A model generated the notes under the pieces. That model did not search any database. It saw only the letters and a program-made list of their open reading frames with translations, and was not told the origin of the DNA. The position numbers were made by a program, and so were the translations under genes. Source: Macrostomum hystrix (lineage: Eukaryota > Animalia > Platyhelminthes). Taken from it: 64,000 nucleotides of DNA. The stretch spans positions 4,650,001 through 4,714,000 of the forward strand of contig CATNEN010000002.1 of the NCBI GenBank assembly GCA_950097015.1. Direction: 5' to 3'. Of this stretch, positions 26,101 to 35,965 are shown one piece after another; the first letter of the stretch is position 1, and each line of letters begins with the position of its first letter.

Positions 26101-29100
26101 TCGACGACACGCGCGGAGCCGGCGGAAGAGGAAGCTCAGTCTCGACAGCTTCTATGCTGCTTTCGCCAACAACATCGATGGCATCGTCTGTCCCTGCAGC
26201 AGCTTCAAGCTCTGGCAAAGGCGAGGAGAGCCTGTTCGCCAGGCACTCGCGCACCAACAGTGTGCGCTCGCGCAGACCACCTAGCATTGCTGGGCCAATG
26301 CAGCAGCAGCAGTACCAGCACATGCTCATGGTGCAGCAGCAGAGCCACCTACTGCTGCCACCGACTGGCTACGGACAGCCGCCGGTCTGTCAGCAGTTCA
26401 GCGGCGCTGGATTGGACAGACGTCGCGCCACGAGCATGCGCGATCATCAGGGCAGGCAGCACCGAGCTGCGTCCAACAGTTGCTATGGCAACTGGTGACT
26501 CTTAAGAAAAAATATTTTCGTAGAAAACTTTTCTGAAAAGACTACGAAGACGAAAATTATATGTAAATAAACATTTGCAGACCTGATTATTTGGTTTAAA
26601 AGAATAGCTAGCAACTAGCAAGGTTTCAGCTATTTTATTGTGAAAAACTTGTCTGCTCTACAATTCTAAACCCGATGTATTTCATAACCGCTACAACAAA
26701 TATATTTGTAAAAATCTAATTAACTGGACAAAGAAGTTCATTGCCTCCATAACAAACACGCGCTTGTTGATTTAAAAAAAGTAAATTTAAGTTAACAGAG
26801 TTTTAGCTGCCAAGCCAACTTCATCCCGCTGTACAATTGTTAACTACACGCATTAGAACATTAGAACAATGGTTGATTTCTAATTGCTAACTGAGACACC
26901 TGAGAATATTGAGAATGAGTCAATAATGCTAGCAAGCGAAACATGCCTAGCTAGAGAACAAAATTAATCGCCCCGAATTCAACTTCCTTTATGGATAATC
27001 TCAATTGCAAATCTCACGTGCTAGACATTTTTCTCTGTGACAGACGAACAGACAGGAAGTGGCTATGTCTAATAGTGCAATCACGTGCAGTTTCCAATAA
27101 AAAGTACGGCTTAATCGCACTAGAAGTGTCATTTACAAGTCTATGCTTTAATTTACATTCGATATGTAATAGTCCTATATTATTTTTTTGCGTTATAACT
27201 TGTAGTAGTTCAATGTTATTTCTTGCGCTATAACTTGATTCTCCTGCGATATATATATATTATATAGGTTTATATTATAAATATTTTTTATATTCCAGTA
27301 AAATGCGATAGTAAAACAAATTTTACTAATACTATATAAGTGAGGAGCTTTACTGTTCATAATACAACCCGCCAGTGAGCCAAGAAGGCAACAACTGAGT
27401 TACATCTTTGAATAATCGAGCTTATTGTGTTATTTACTAAGGAGATACATTTGAGTGTGGTGATAAGACGAGGATTGAGGCTGTGACCCTCTGATCCTGG
27501 AGAAACGCCCAGTTGAGACTGGAGAATAAGGAGACCTAGTGCCTTAGAGGGATAAACCGCTCGTGCCAGTGCAGAAGCGCTACCTAGGAGAAGCTCACAA
27601 CGTAAGAGTTGTGAAGTTAAAACGGCCCTTTTCAGGGCCACCGAGTTAAAGATGTACGGAGAGTGCGAATAGTAGAGAAAGAGATAAAAGAGCGGAAGAG
27701 GCCGAAAGATACGCTACCAAGAGAGAGAAAAGTAGAGTCATAAGCCCTGTTACAGATAAACAGCAGCTAATAGTGTTTCTTATGTTTGCTGTCAAATTAT
27801 TTATTGAACTATTGAGTGAGTTAATTTAGTGAGTTACACTAAATTATCTAGAACTGCTAGGAGCTGTTTTAAAGCAACAATTTATGGCAAGCAAATAGAA
27901 GGCCGTAATGATTCCACTTTAGCCTACTAGCTGAGGTAGAGAACACTCAAACCAGCGGAGCCTCACAATGAAGAGGCATGCATTTAGCAGTGAAGTGCCA
28001 TGCAGCGAGGCCCAATGCAAACCAGGCCCTCAAAACCATGGCGAAAGAGAAATCGGTTTTTTTTCTCTTTTCAACAGGCGATGCGGTAAGTATTGAATTT
28101 CTTGGAAAGAGCAAGCATTGTAGTCACGATAGAAAGTACTTTAATAAGGCATGCTAGAATCAGTTACATTAGAATTCTAAATCAATAGAATAATCGTTAC
28201 ACAAAATGCCGCAGAATAAAGTACTCACCTTTGGAATGAATGAGTCGCAAGCGCGACACTTTGACTTGCCGCTCTTGGCATACTCGACCTTGAAATCCTT
28301 CAGGTTCACCATCGGCTCGTCTTCGGCTTCCCCGTCGGCGCCATCAGTGCCACCCGAAGTGCCAGCCCCGCCGCCTAGATAGGTAAAATTAGGTTGGAAG
28401 TTTTATTGAAGGGGTCGACTAGCTCAAGGCGCCGCCTAGACTGCAAATTTTAGGCGACAAATTCTTGTCTTAAATCGTGCTTAATCGATCTATCCTGCTT
28501 GTTTTTTACGCGTTTTATGTCTTCTAAATATATTTTTTACTGTCTCTTCTGTCACCTGTTTCATTTCTCTTCTGTCCTATCTCACTTCTATCGTATATTT
28601 CCTATCCCATCACTTACAATGTCTAATCTCTTTCCATTATCTCTCTAAAAAATGTCTGATTTATCCATCGTTGCATAATGTTTTCGAGTTTATAGTGACT
28701 AAGTTAGACAGAATTTTTCGTGTTTCTCTATTGTCCAATCTGGACACTCATGGCCATCTATTGAATTTATTTTATCTGCGATGAATAAAAAAATTTGCAC
28801 ACCCCCAAGTTAAGAATGATGCGTATATCCAATAATCGTGTTTGAAACACACTACTAATTTTGTGGCATTAAGTAGAAATATGAACAAATGAATGTTATA
28901 ATTTAGCAAATCTAAAAAATAGCAAAAAGCAAAGTAGTTCAAAAGGTCACCAATACGGGGACTTACCGATTTTCTCTCTAACCTTTTGCTGATCGTCCCA
29001 GCGAAGGGAATCGAAGTGGCCAATCTCTGTCACATCCTTTGGCCGCTGACGCTTGAAGAAGCAGGCAAAGTGGAACCAGTTCGGCACTTTGCCATCAAAG

Positions 29101-29448
29101 TGCGGCGACTAGACAATGGAAAATTTCAGAATAAGAGACATCGGTAAGCTGTCAGCAAACTTACATTCATCAAACGCCTAGGGAGAGATGAGTCACGGGA
29201 GAGATAGGACAGGTGAGAGATGAGACAAGGGAGAGATAACACAGAGGAGAGATGAGACTTAGGGGCAGAGCAGAAGTTGAAAAAGGTCTGGAGTTTAGCA
29301 AGCAAAATCTCTCCCATCCCTAACCTATAAATCTCACCTGAATCATAACAGCCAGTCGCAGCGAGTCCTTAGCAATGGTCATTTTGCAGCCTTTGCAGCT
29401 GGCACGATTGCTTTTAGCATATTCACAGATATATGAATGGTCAGACAT
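14160..29448 (-). CDS. PARP1: Poly(ADP-ribose) polymerase 1; 11 exons (29338-29448, 28967-29108, 28229-28374, 22774-22913, 21705-21788, 20233-20344, 18487-18818, 17533-17978, 16634-17217, 14826-15335, 14160-14573), ~1006 aa
   Basis: ZnF1 ([13 protein letters not shown]...WFHFACF), ZnF2 ([13 protein letters not shown]...WHHVDC), Zn3/PADR1 (CTECK...[11 protein letters not shown]), BRCT, WGR (FRAWGRIG), regulatory domain and the catalytic H-Y-E triad ([23 protein letters not shown]). All junctions are GT-AG and phase-compatible. Confidence 0.97.
15457..16580 (+). mobile_element. SINE family A copy whose central segment is expanded into a 27-bp tandem array
   Basis: Head GTGAGTTCGAATCGC...CAAGAAAGACA before the array and SINE body ...CCAGCATTAGCTGGGGTAATTGAGGGTGGGTGTGGCGTCCCC after it. 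Confidence 0.8.
15535..16500. repeat. 27-bp minisatellite (GGATTACACCCAGCTGTTAAATGGGAGCC type), about 35 units
   Basis: Exact tandem periodicity (DYTQLLNGS in the spurious ORF). Confidence 0.97.
17250..17535. repeat. 22-bp minisatellite built from the PARP1 5' splice site
   Basis: Minus-strand unit CTGGCTGGGTGAGTGTCTCAGG; the real donor G|GTGAGT at 17533/17532 is the first unit. Confidence 0.9.
18020..18430. repeat. 28-29-bp minisatellite (GTCAGATTGGGGATCTCTGAAGATTCCGGT) in a PARP1 intron
   Basis: Tandem units visible. Confidence 0.92.
18902..19394. mobile_element. MITE family M1 copy 2 (deletion near the left end)
   Basis: Right end GGCTTGGTAGTCCTACTG followed by TTAA; internal AAATATTAGGCGCAGCTCAACCACAGGACACC shared with the other copies. 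Confidence 0.78.
20540..21100. repeat. ~36-37-bp minisatellite (ATCAATCAGCTTATCTCCTAAATCCCATCTACCAATC) in a PARP1 intron
   Basis: Tandem units visible. Confidence 0.93.
21888..22741. repeat. 41-bp minisatellite (GAGCATCAGGGACAGTGCTCACTGTCACACTGAACTGAATT), about 21 units, with an internal palindrome
   Basis: Head-to-tail units with no spacers; most units contain GACAGTG-CT-CACTGTC. Confidence 0.96.
25683..26498 (+). CDS. Intronless Ser/Gly/Gln-rich, probably disordered protein (271 aa), nested antisense in the long PARP1 intron (22914-28228)
   Basis: 816-bp ATG-to-stop ORF with GC-rich coding-like composition in AT-richer surroundings; motifs [18 protein letters not shown]. Confidence 0.65.
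   Translation: MLRSDYKYSREPSTESGAAKGNGIGDIGRQGICGNLLTAPGGHSDPVENSSGDSGGGSSKRSGSMKHWSPFAALGKRARDGLRRCNTVRVGLGGTSAGSMASTSSTTVDINLGNRRNAMPNIFLGQPSSGVRRLFAIYGIDDTRGAGGRGSSVSTASMLLSPTTSMASSVPAAASSSGKGEESLFARHSRTNSVRSRRPPSIAGPMQQQQYQHMLMVQQQSHLLLPPTGYGQPPVCQQFSGAGLDRRRATSMRDHQGRQHRAASNSCYGNW
27619..27644 (+). promoter_or_regulatory. Canonical replication-dependent histone mRNA 3' stem-loop with no recognisable histone CDS upstream
   Basis: AAAAC-GGCCCT-TTTC-AGGGCC-ACC: 6-bp stem, TTTC loop and canonical-type flanks, followed by purine-rich AAAGAT and GAAAGAGA. Confidence 0.7.
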
Positions 29449-32429
29449 GCTGGCTCACTGAAAAATGATTAGATTACAACTTTGCAATTCTCTAGTAGGC
29501 ATAGGATCCTGGTTAACTTAAAGTATTGCATAAATTTAAATGACTGCTTTTTGGAGTAAAAAAGACCACTTATATGTGACTAATGAGGATAAAAAGATTG
29601 GCCAATGGTCTAAAATTGTACAGCTAGGTTTGACTAGGATATACATAAGAAGAAAAAATGACAGGCTAAGCAAATTTCTTATATGCCCTCGTTTTGTTAA
29701 GTTTTAGACAAAAAGCATTCTTCAATCTAATTAAATCTTCTTTTAAACAGCTACTTTCTTAAAAAATACAAAACAAAGTTTTCAATCTAAAATATATTAA
29801 TTCTTTAATCTAGGACTTTGAATATATGAGTATACTCATTTTAAGATTAAACTAGCACACTAAGCCCCCATTGAGGGGCACTACTGTTCAGACAAAAAAT
29901 CTCAGAAGGACAAAACACACCTAAAAGTAAACAAACAAACAAAAAAATTATGTCAGTATTAATTTCTATGATTGCGAATATATGTAATTTTGATTCAATG
30001 AGAATTTGAGTTCTCAATAAATACAAAAATGCTCAGTCTGAGCTCAAATACATTCTGAGACAACCAGTGTGAACACCAAGAGCACCATTGTGGCAGAATT
30101 ACAAAAGTAATGTACATTTGATACTACTCAACTTAATGCTACTAAGGTACATCATGTAAATACTATCCCCTCAGCAGCAGAGAACATATGTCCCACCAAA
30201 CAGCAGAGAACGATTGTCCTCTCAGCAGCAGAGAACCAATGTCCCCCAGCAGCAGAGAACCAATGTCCCTTAGCATTAGAGAACTAATGTCCCCTCAGCA
30301 ACAAATGACCACTTTACCACAAACAGCAGAACTAATGTCCCCTCAGTAGCAAATAACCAATGTCCCCCAAAATTTGATATCATGATAGACATCAGATTGA
30401 GTGAGATAATAGCTAGGTGTAAAATGAAATGATTTTACCTTTTATTACATTTTAGGCAGGCTTAGGAATAAAGTATAGGCCTAGAGAAAGTCATTTAAAT
30501 TGATAAAAAGTTTAGTGGAATATAATAGCCATAATATTAAATCTTTAAAATCTGAAATTATCCCTTTAGGCTTTTTCATTATTTTATCAATGTATTCTTT
30601 ATTCTTTAACTCTGATCAGACAATATGAACTTCTTACTAAACCCTCCAAGTGATGGTGAATAAGTGAATATGATCAATTATCAATAGCTAGGCTTTTCTA
30701 AGCTTAAGTTGAGGCACAGAAACAAATATAGCCTAGATAGCCGATAGGCATTGTTATGCCTATTGTAAGGGCCAATAAATTTTATAGAGTAGGCCTAGTC
30801 TTATGCTATGATAGACTCAAATAAACAATTTTGTGTGTGTTGATTTGTCTAAAGACACAACTAATATATGAGTGTTAAAGAGTGTTACTTATATTAACAC
30901 AACTACTCTATATCTTTTCAAGCTTCTGGAAACTTAAGACTTCTGTGCCAGAACACAACAAGTTAGCAAATGCTAGGTCTCTGTATTAATAAGCTTAACC
31001 TACTAAATCTAGGCCTACTAAGCTTAGGCTGTGCTACAGTAGGCCTACATATAACATATATAGGACAGGGCCTATGAAATATATAAGCCTGCGAAGCCTA
31101 AAAAGCATAGGCCTAGCCGGTACTTTTACTAGGGGTGAAATCTCATCAACCGAACAAGAAAATGTCATTTTCAAACATTCCATGTTTGATAACAAAAAAA
31201 CTAAACAAGATAAGAAAATCTAATTTACCGGTACTTGTTAAAAACAGTTTTATCTTTCAAATGAAAGTCTACTCATCTAAATCGGTTAACTACAAAAAAA
31301 GTTGTGTCTATTTTTGTTTCAATTCCGAACAATGAATTTCCCATTTCATCAAACCGAACGATGTTTCTGATGTTCGGTTTTTTTTGCCCAAAAAATTGAC
31401 TTCTGCTCAATAAAAAGCTATAACAAAACAGTGTAAAAGAAAGAAAAAATCATGCTGCATCGATTTAAGTAAAGTTCAATAGTCCGATTTGATAAGAAGA
31501 GGGTTATTTTTTACATCGAAGTATGTACCCCCAACCCGAGTCAAATAGTGCAATTTTCATTCCATCTTGAGTTTTCCTGCTTCAGGCACACTAAACAGCG
31601 AAACAAACAGCGAAAAAGTCATGTGCTGTCTTTGCTCATGAGTTTCCTATGGTTCGCGGAGTTTATAGTCTTTTGCAACGAAGCCTTTAGTGACAAACTC
31701 ACCCTCATTTCATAATTTTAGGCCTGGCAGTACTTGCGATATCTCAGACTTAAAGTCGCTGCAGCTTTATTATGCAAACACAGATGCTTGGTAAAACTTT
31801 AAAATAAATGAAAACCGTGCAGAACTTCAAGTTAAAATCGGTTTCTCCAAGTTTAAAAGTGTTTACGCTGACTAATGAGAATTAATGTAACTCACTTACA
31901 CAAAAAATGTCCATTTTTTCGAAATCTTTCATACTTTTTTCTGAGCGTGTTTTTCTACTGCCAGACTACTAGTCCTACTGGCAGTAGTCTGTTGCGGACA
32001 TTTTAAAAGCTAAAGCAAATGATCCCAACTCTTAGGAAAAAAGATTGAAGGTCCAATAGAGGCTAGGCCTACACAACTGGGACTCCTTGGCAGACAGGGC
32101 AGAGAAGGAGACAAAGGCGGGAGAGAGCCGAACAGACCATTGTGTGATCTCCATGGCAACCGAGTTGCACATATGACAATTGTTGGCTACGATGAATGAC
32201 GGGGCGAGGCCTAGCCAAAGGTATGAAGAAGCAATCTGGACTGGAAGCCGACCCCAAAACCCTGACTCGACTTGTTGGAGGCCACTTAAATTTGCCCATC
32301 AACACACAGCAGATAGGCAAAGTAGCATTAGGCCTATAGGCCTAGCACATAAAGAAAGGTCATAAATAAGAGCAAGTACTTGGGGGCCTAATTTCAAGGC
32401 TGAAAATTTACTCTGTAACTTGATCTTTA

Positions 32430-32880
32430 ACAAAAAACGGATGCAGTCACAATGCAGGGAGACAAAAAGAAGATGAGGAAGAGAGCTGAAAGTATATAGC
32501 GACTAAGCGTGAAAGAGGATAGAGAGGAAAGGGTAAGAAAGAGAAGGAGAGGGTAAGGAAGAGAAGGAGAGGGTAAAAGAGAGAAGGAGAGGGTAAGAGA
32601 GAGAAGGAGAGGGTAAAAGAGAGAAGGAGAGGGTAAGAGAGAGAAGGAGAGGGTAAGAGAGAGAAGGAGAGGGGAAGAGAGAGAAAATGAGGGGAAGACA
32701 GAGAAGGAGAGGAAAAGACAGAGAAGGAGAGGGGAAGACAGAAAAATTGAGGGGTAGACAGAAGGAGAGGAGAAGACAGAGAAGGAGAGAGGAAGACAGA
32801 CAGAGAAGGAGAGGGGAGGAGGAAGAAGGAGATATAAGAAGAGAGGGAGAGCGGGAGAGGTGGTGAACAGAGGTAGGGGG
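32430..32880. repeat. Purine-rich (GA) ~22-bp degenerate tandem repeat
   Basis: GAGAAGGAGAGGGTAAGAGA-type units; explains the LLLSLTLSFS ORFs. Confidence 0.9.
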
Positions 32881-32913
32881 CGAGGTAGAGGGAGAAAGAG
32901 TTCGCTCTTGTCA

Positions 32914-33011
32914 CCAATATTCTCAGCCCCAGTCAGCAGCCCCCCAGCCAAATTGCATGCGGGTTGAAGCTAGCCAATAGACCAATGCCGCACAAAAATT
33001 CATGAGCCAAT
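32914..33011. promoter_or_regulatory. Cluster of four CCAAT boxes (candidate NF-Y promoter)
   Basis: CCAAT at 32914, 32974, 32982 and 33007 (TAGCCAATAG, GAGCCAATC contexts), ~250 bp upstream of ATG 33261. Confidence 0.45.
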
Positions 33012-33260
33012 CAAAATGCTCGAAGACCAAAACCCCTGAACCGGGGTTCAATTTTGGGGTCATTCCATTACCACTCAGCCAGAGGCTAGGCCAGAGATTT
33101 TAGGCTTACTTTGAAGGGTTGGAATTATTGCATAATACGAGTACAAAGCACATTTTAGAAAAAAAAAACAGTAAACAGCCAATTATCGCAGTTTATTTTC
33201 TTTGCTGAGAGCTGCGAATGCAAATGGAATCCCAATCACACGAAAGGACAAAACTAAAAG

Positions 33261-35198
33261 ATGGCTAAAATACTACGAGTAAAAGAGAGCCAGAAAGAAG
33301 AGGGCGGGAGTGAGGAAGCTGAAGAGCAGAAAGAAGATGGTTGGAGTGAGGAAGCTGAGAAGCAGAAAGAAGAGGGCGGGAGTGAGGAAGCTGAAGAGCA
33401 GAAAGAAGATGGTTGGAGTGAGGAAGCTGAGAAGCAGAAAGAAGAGGGCGGGAGTGAGGAAGCTGAAGAGCAGAAAGAAGAGGGCCAGAGTGAGGAAGCT
33501 GAGAAGCAGAAAGAAGAGGGCCAGAGTGTGGAAGCTGAAGAGCAGAAAGAAGAGGGCGGGAGTGTGGAAGCTGAAGAGCAGAAAGAAGAGGGCCAGAGTG
33601 AGGAAGCTGAGAAGCAGAAAGAAGAGGGCGGGAGTGAGGAAGCTGAAGAGCAGAAAGAAGATGGTTGGAGTGAGGAAGCTGAGAAGCAGAAAGAAGAGGG
33701 CGGGAGTGAGGAAGCTGAGAGCCAGAAAGAAGATGGCGGGAGTGAGGAAGCTGAGAAGCAGAAAGAAGAGGGCGGGAGTGAGGAAGCTGAAGAGCAGAAA
33801 GAAGATGGTTGGAGTGAGGAAGCTGAGAAGCAGAAAGAAGAGGGCGGGAGTGAGGAAGCTGAAGAGCAGAAAGAAGATGGCGGGAGTGAGGAAGCTGAGA
33901 AGCAGAAAGAAGAGGGCGGGAGTGAGGAAGCTGAAGAGCAGAAAGAAGAGGGCCAGAGTGAGGAAGCTGAAGAGCAGAAAGAAGATGGCGGGAGTGAGGA
34001 AGCTGAAGAGCAGAAAGAAGAGGGCCAGAGTGAGGAAGCTGAGAAGCAGAAAGAAGAGGGCCAGAGTGAGGAAGCTGAAGAGCAGAAAAAAGAGGGCGGG
34101 AGTGAGGAAGCTGAAGAGCAGAAAGAAGAGGGCGGGAGTGAGGAAGCTGAAGATCAGAAAAAAGAGGGCGGGAGTGACGAAGCTGAAGAGCAGAAAGAAG
34201 AGGGCCAGAGTGAGGAAGCTGAGAAGCAGAAAGAAGAGGGCGGGAGTGAGGAAGCTGAGAAGCAGAAAGAAGAGGGCGGGAGTGAGGAAGCTGAAGAGCA
34301 GAAAAAAGAGGGCGGGAGTGAGGAAGCTGAAGAGCAGAAAGAAGAGGGCGGGAGTGAGGAAGCTGAAGAGCAGAAAGAAGAGGGCCAGAGTGAGGAAGCT
34401 GAGAAGCAGAAAGAAGAGGGCGGGAGTGAGGAAGCTGAGAGCCAGAAAGAAGATGGCGGGAGTGAGGAAGCTGAGAAGCAGAAAGAAGAGGGCGGGAGTG
34501 AGGAAGCTGAAGAGCAGAAAGAAGATGGCGGGAGTGAGGAAGCTGAGAAGCAGAAAGAAGAGGGCGGGAGTGAGGAAGCTGAGAGCCAGAAAGAAGATGG
34601 CGGGAGTGAGGAAGCTGAGAAGCAGAAAGAAGAGGGCGGGAGTGAGGAAGCTGAAGAGCAGAAAGAAGATGGTTGGAGTGAGGAAGCTGAGAAGCAGAAA
34701 GAAGAGGGCGGGAGTGAGGAAGCTGAAGAGCAGAAAGAAGAGGGCGGGAGTGAGGAAGCTGAAGAGCAGAAAGAAGAGGGCGGGAGTGAGGAAGCTGAAG
34801 AGCAGAAAGAAGAGGGCGGGAGTGAGGAAGCTGAAGAGCAGAAAGAAGAGGGCGGGAGTGAGGAAGCTGAAGAGCAGAAAGAAGAGGGCGGGAGTGAGGA
34901 AGCTGAAGAGCAGAAAGAAGAGGGCGGGAGTGAGGAAGCTGAAGAGCAGAAAGAAGAGGGCGGGAGTGAGGGTGCAGGGTGGCAACCACAGCGACGATTT
35001 TTGTCTTTTATGTTGAAGGTGGAAGCTAGGCCTTTTGACATTGATAGCTTCCAGAAAAAAAACTCAATTCCTTCTCGTGGTGACTCGGAAGCAAGGACTC
35101 ATTTGTCTTCTGCTAATAATTTGGTATTTGGTGCTGCATTTTATATCATTGATATGTTTGATTTGATTCCATTGACATTCAGAAATATAGGGGCCTAA
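33261..35198 (+). CDS. Possible Glu-rich repeat protein (645 aa) made of 12-aa SEEAEEQKEEGG units; may only be a stop-free minisatellite
   Basis: ATG in AAAGATGG context, unique 11-aa N-terminus, ~46 repeats, unique ~75-aa C-terminus. No homology evidence. Confidence 0.35.
   Translation: MAKILRVKESQKEEGGSEEAEEQKEDGWSEEAEKQKEEGGSEEAEEQKEDGWSEEAEKQKEEGGSEEAEEQKEEGQSEEAEKQKEEGQSVEAEEQKEEGGSVEAEEQKEEGQSEEAEKQKEEGGSEEAEEQKEDGWSEEAEKQKEEGGSEEAESQKEDGGSEEAEKQKEEGGSEEAEEQKEDGWSEEAEKQKEEGGSEEAEEQKEDGGSEEAEKQKEEGGSEEAEEQKEEGQSEEAEEQKEDGGSEEAEEQKEEGQSEEAEKQKEEGQSEEAEEQKKEGGSEEAEEQKEEGGSEEAEDQKKEGGSDEAEEQKEEGQSEEAEKQKEEGGSEEAEKQKEEGGSEEAEEQKKEGGSEEAEEQKEEGGSEEAEEQKEEGQSEEAEKQKEEGGSEEAESQKEDGGSEEAEKQKEEGGSEEAEEQKEDGGSEEAEKQKEEGGSEEAESQKEDGGSEEAEKQKEEGGSEEAEEQKEDGWSEEAEKQKEEGGSEEAEEQKEEGGSEEAEEQKEEGGSEEAEEQKEEGGSEEAEEQKEEGGSEEAEEQKEEGGSEEAEEQKEEGGSEEAEEQKEEGGSEGAGWQPQRRFLSFMLKVEARPFDIDSFQKKNSIPSRGDSEARTHLSSANNLVFGAAFYIIDMFDLIPLTFRNIGA
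33290..34970. repeat. 36-bp minisatellite (GAGTGAGGAAGCTGAAGAGCAGAAAGAAGAGGGCGG), about 46 units
   Basis: Exact 36-bp periodicity with a few recurrent variant units. Confidence 0.97.
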
Positions 35199-35965
35199 GC
35201 CTGTTGCCTGCAGTGTGTGTTGATTTGCTTTCAAATTTAATCAATTTGTATTGAGTCTGCTTCCTTTCTTGGTTTGTTCGTCAGGGGTTTTTGTTAACCG
35301 AGAAGGAGGCCCTTCCCTGCCGCAGCAGCAAGCAAACCTTGTTGTATTTATCAAGAAGGTAAATTTTATTGTAATCAATATTTTCTGCCTTGACAAAAAA
35401 TACTAATCGTTTAAATATGAGCGTAGATTCTTTCTAGCAGATTCTTGTTTATGTATTATTTCTTGATTTAATTTTAAGTTGCTTGCCGCTGAAAACCAAG
35501 TTAAAGCCACTAAGTAAAACACAATTATATACACATGAAAGAGTTCATAAGCAATTTTTTTGTTTTTTTTAGATTTTTTGTTTTTGATGTGCGCTTATGT
35601 AATATAAAGGTGCAGATAATAGCAAGGCAATGTTTGACAAGCAGGCAGACAAAACGATTGTCGATACGAGTGCAGCAATGAGCATTTGTTAAGCAATTTG
35701 TGAATAAGGAGGATGATGCAAGCATATTTAAATATAAGAAAAGTAAAATAAAATGAGCATTTCGCATTGAGCAGCACAAATGACTATGTAGCCTAATGCG
35801 GCAGTTTTATTTATAAGATTAGAAACCGTAAGCTTGAGAGTGTGATATTTTAGATTAAAATATAGTAATGTTCAAATAGATACAATTAAATAGCGTATCT
35901 ATATGAGATGGCTTAAAAAGAATGATTTCCTCATGCTGCTCAGTGCCTAATGCGGCTGCGGGCAT

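Noticed and set aside
130-29448. Functional DNA-repair gene cluster (POLN + PARP1)
   Set aside because: Two repair genes within 30 kb can be chance; I have no synteny or co-regulation evidence.
33265-35041. Antisense 574-, 570- and 295-aa ORFs over the 36-bp array
   Set aside because: Shadows of a stop-free repeat unit, with no unique domains.
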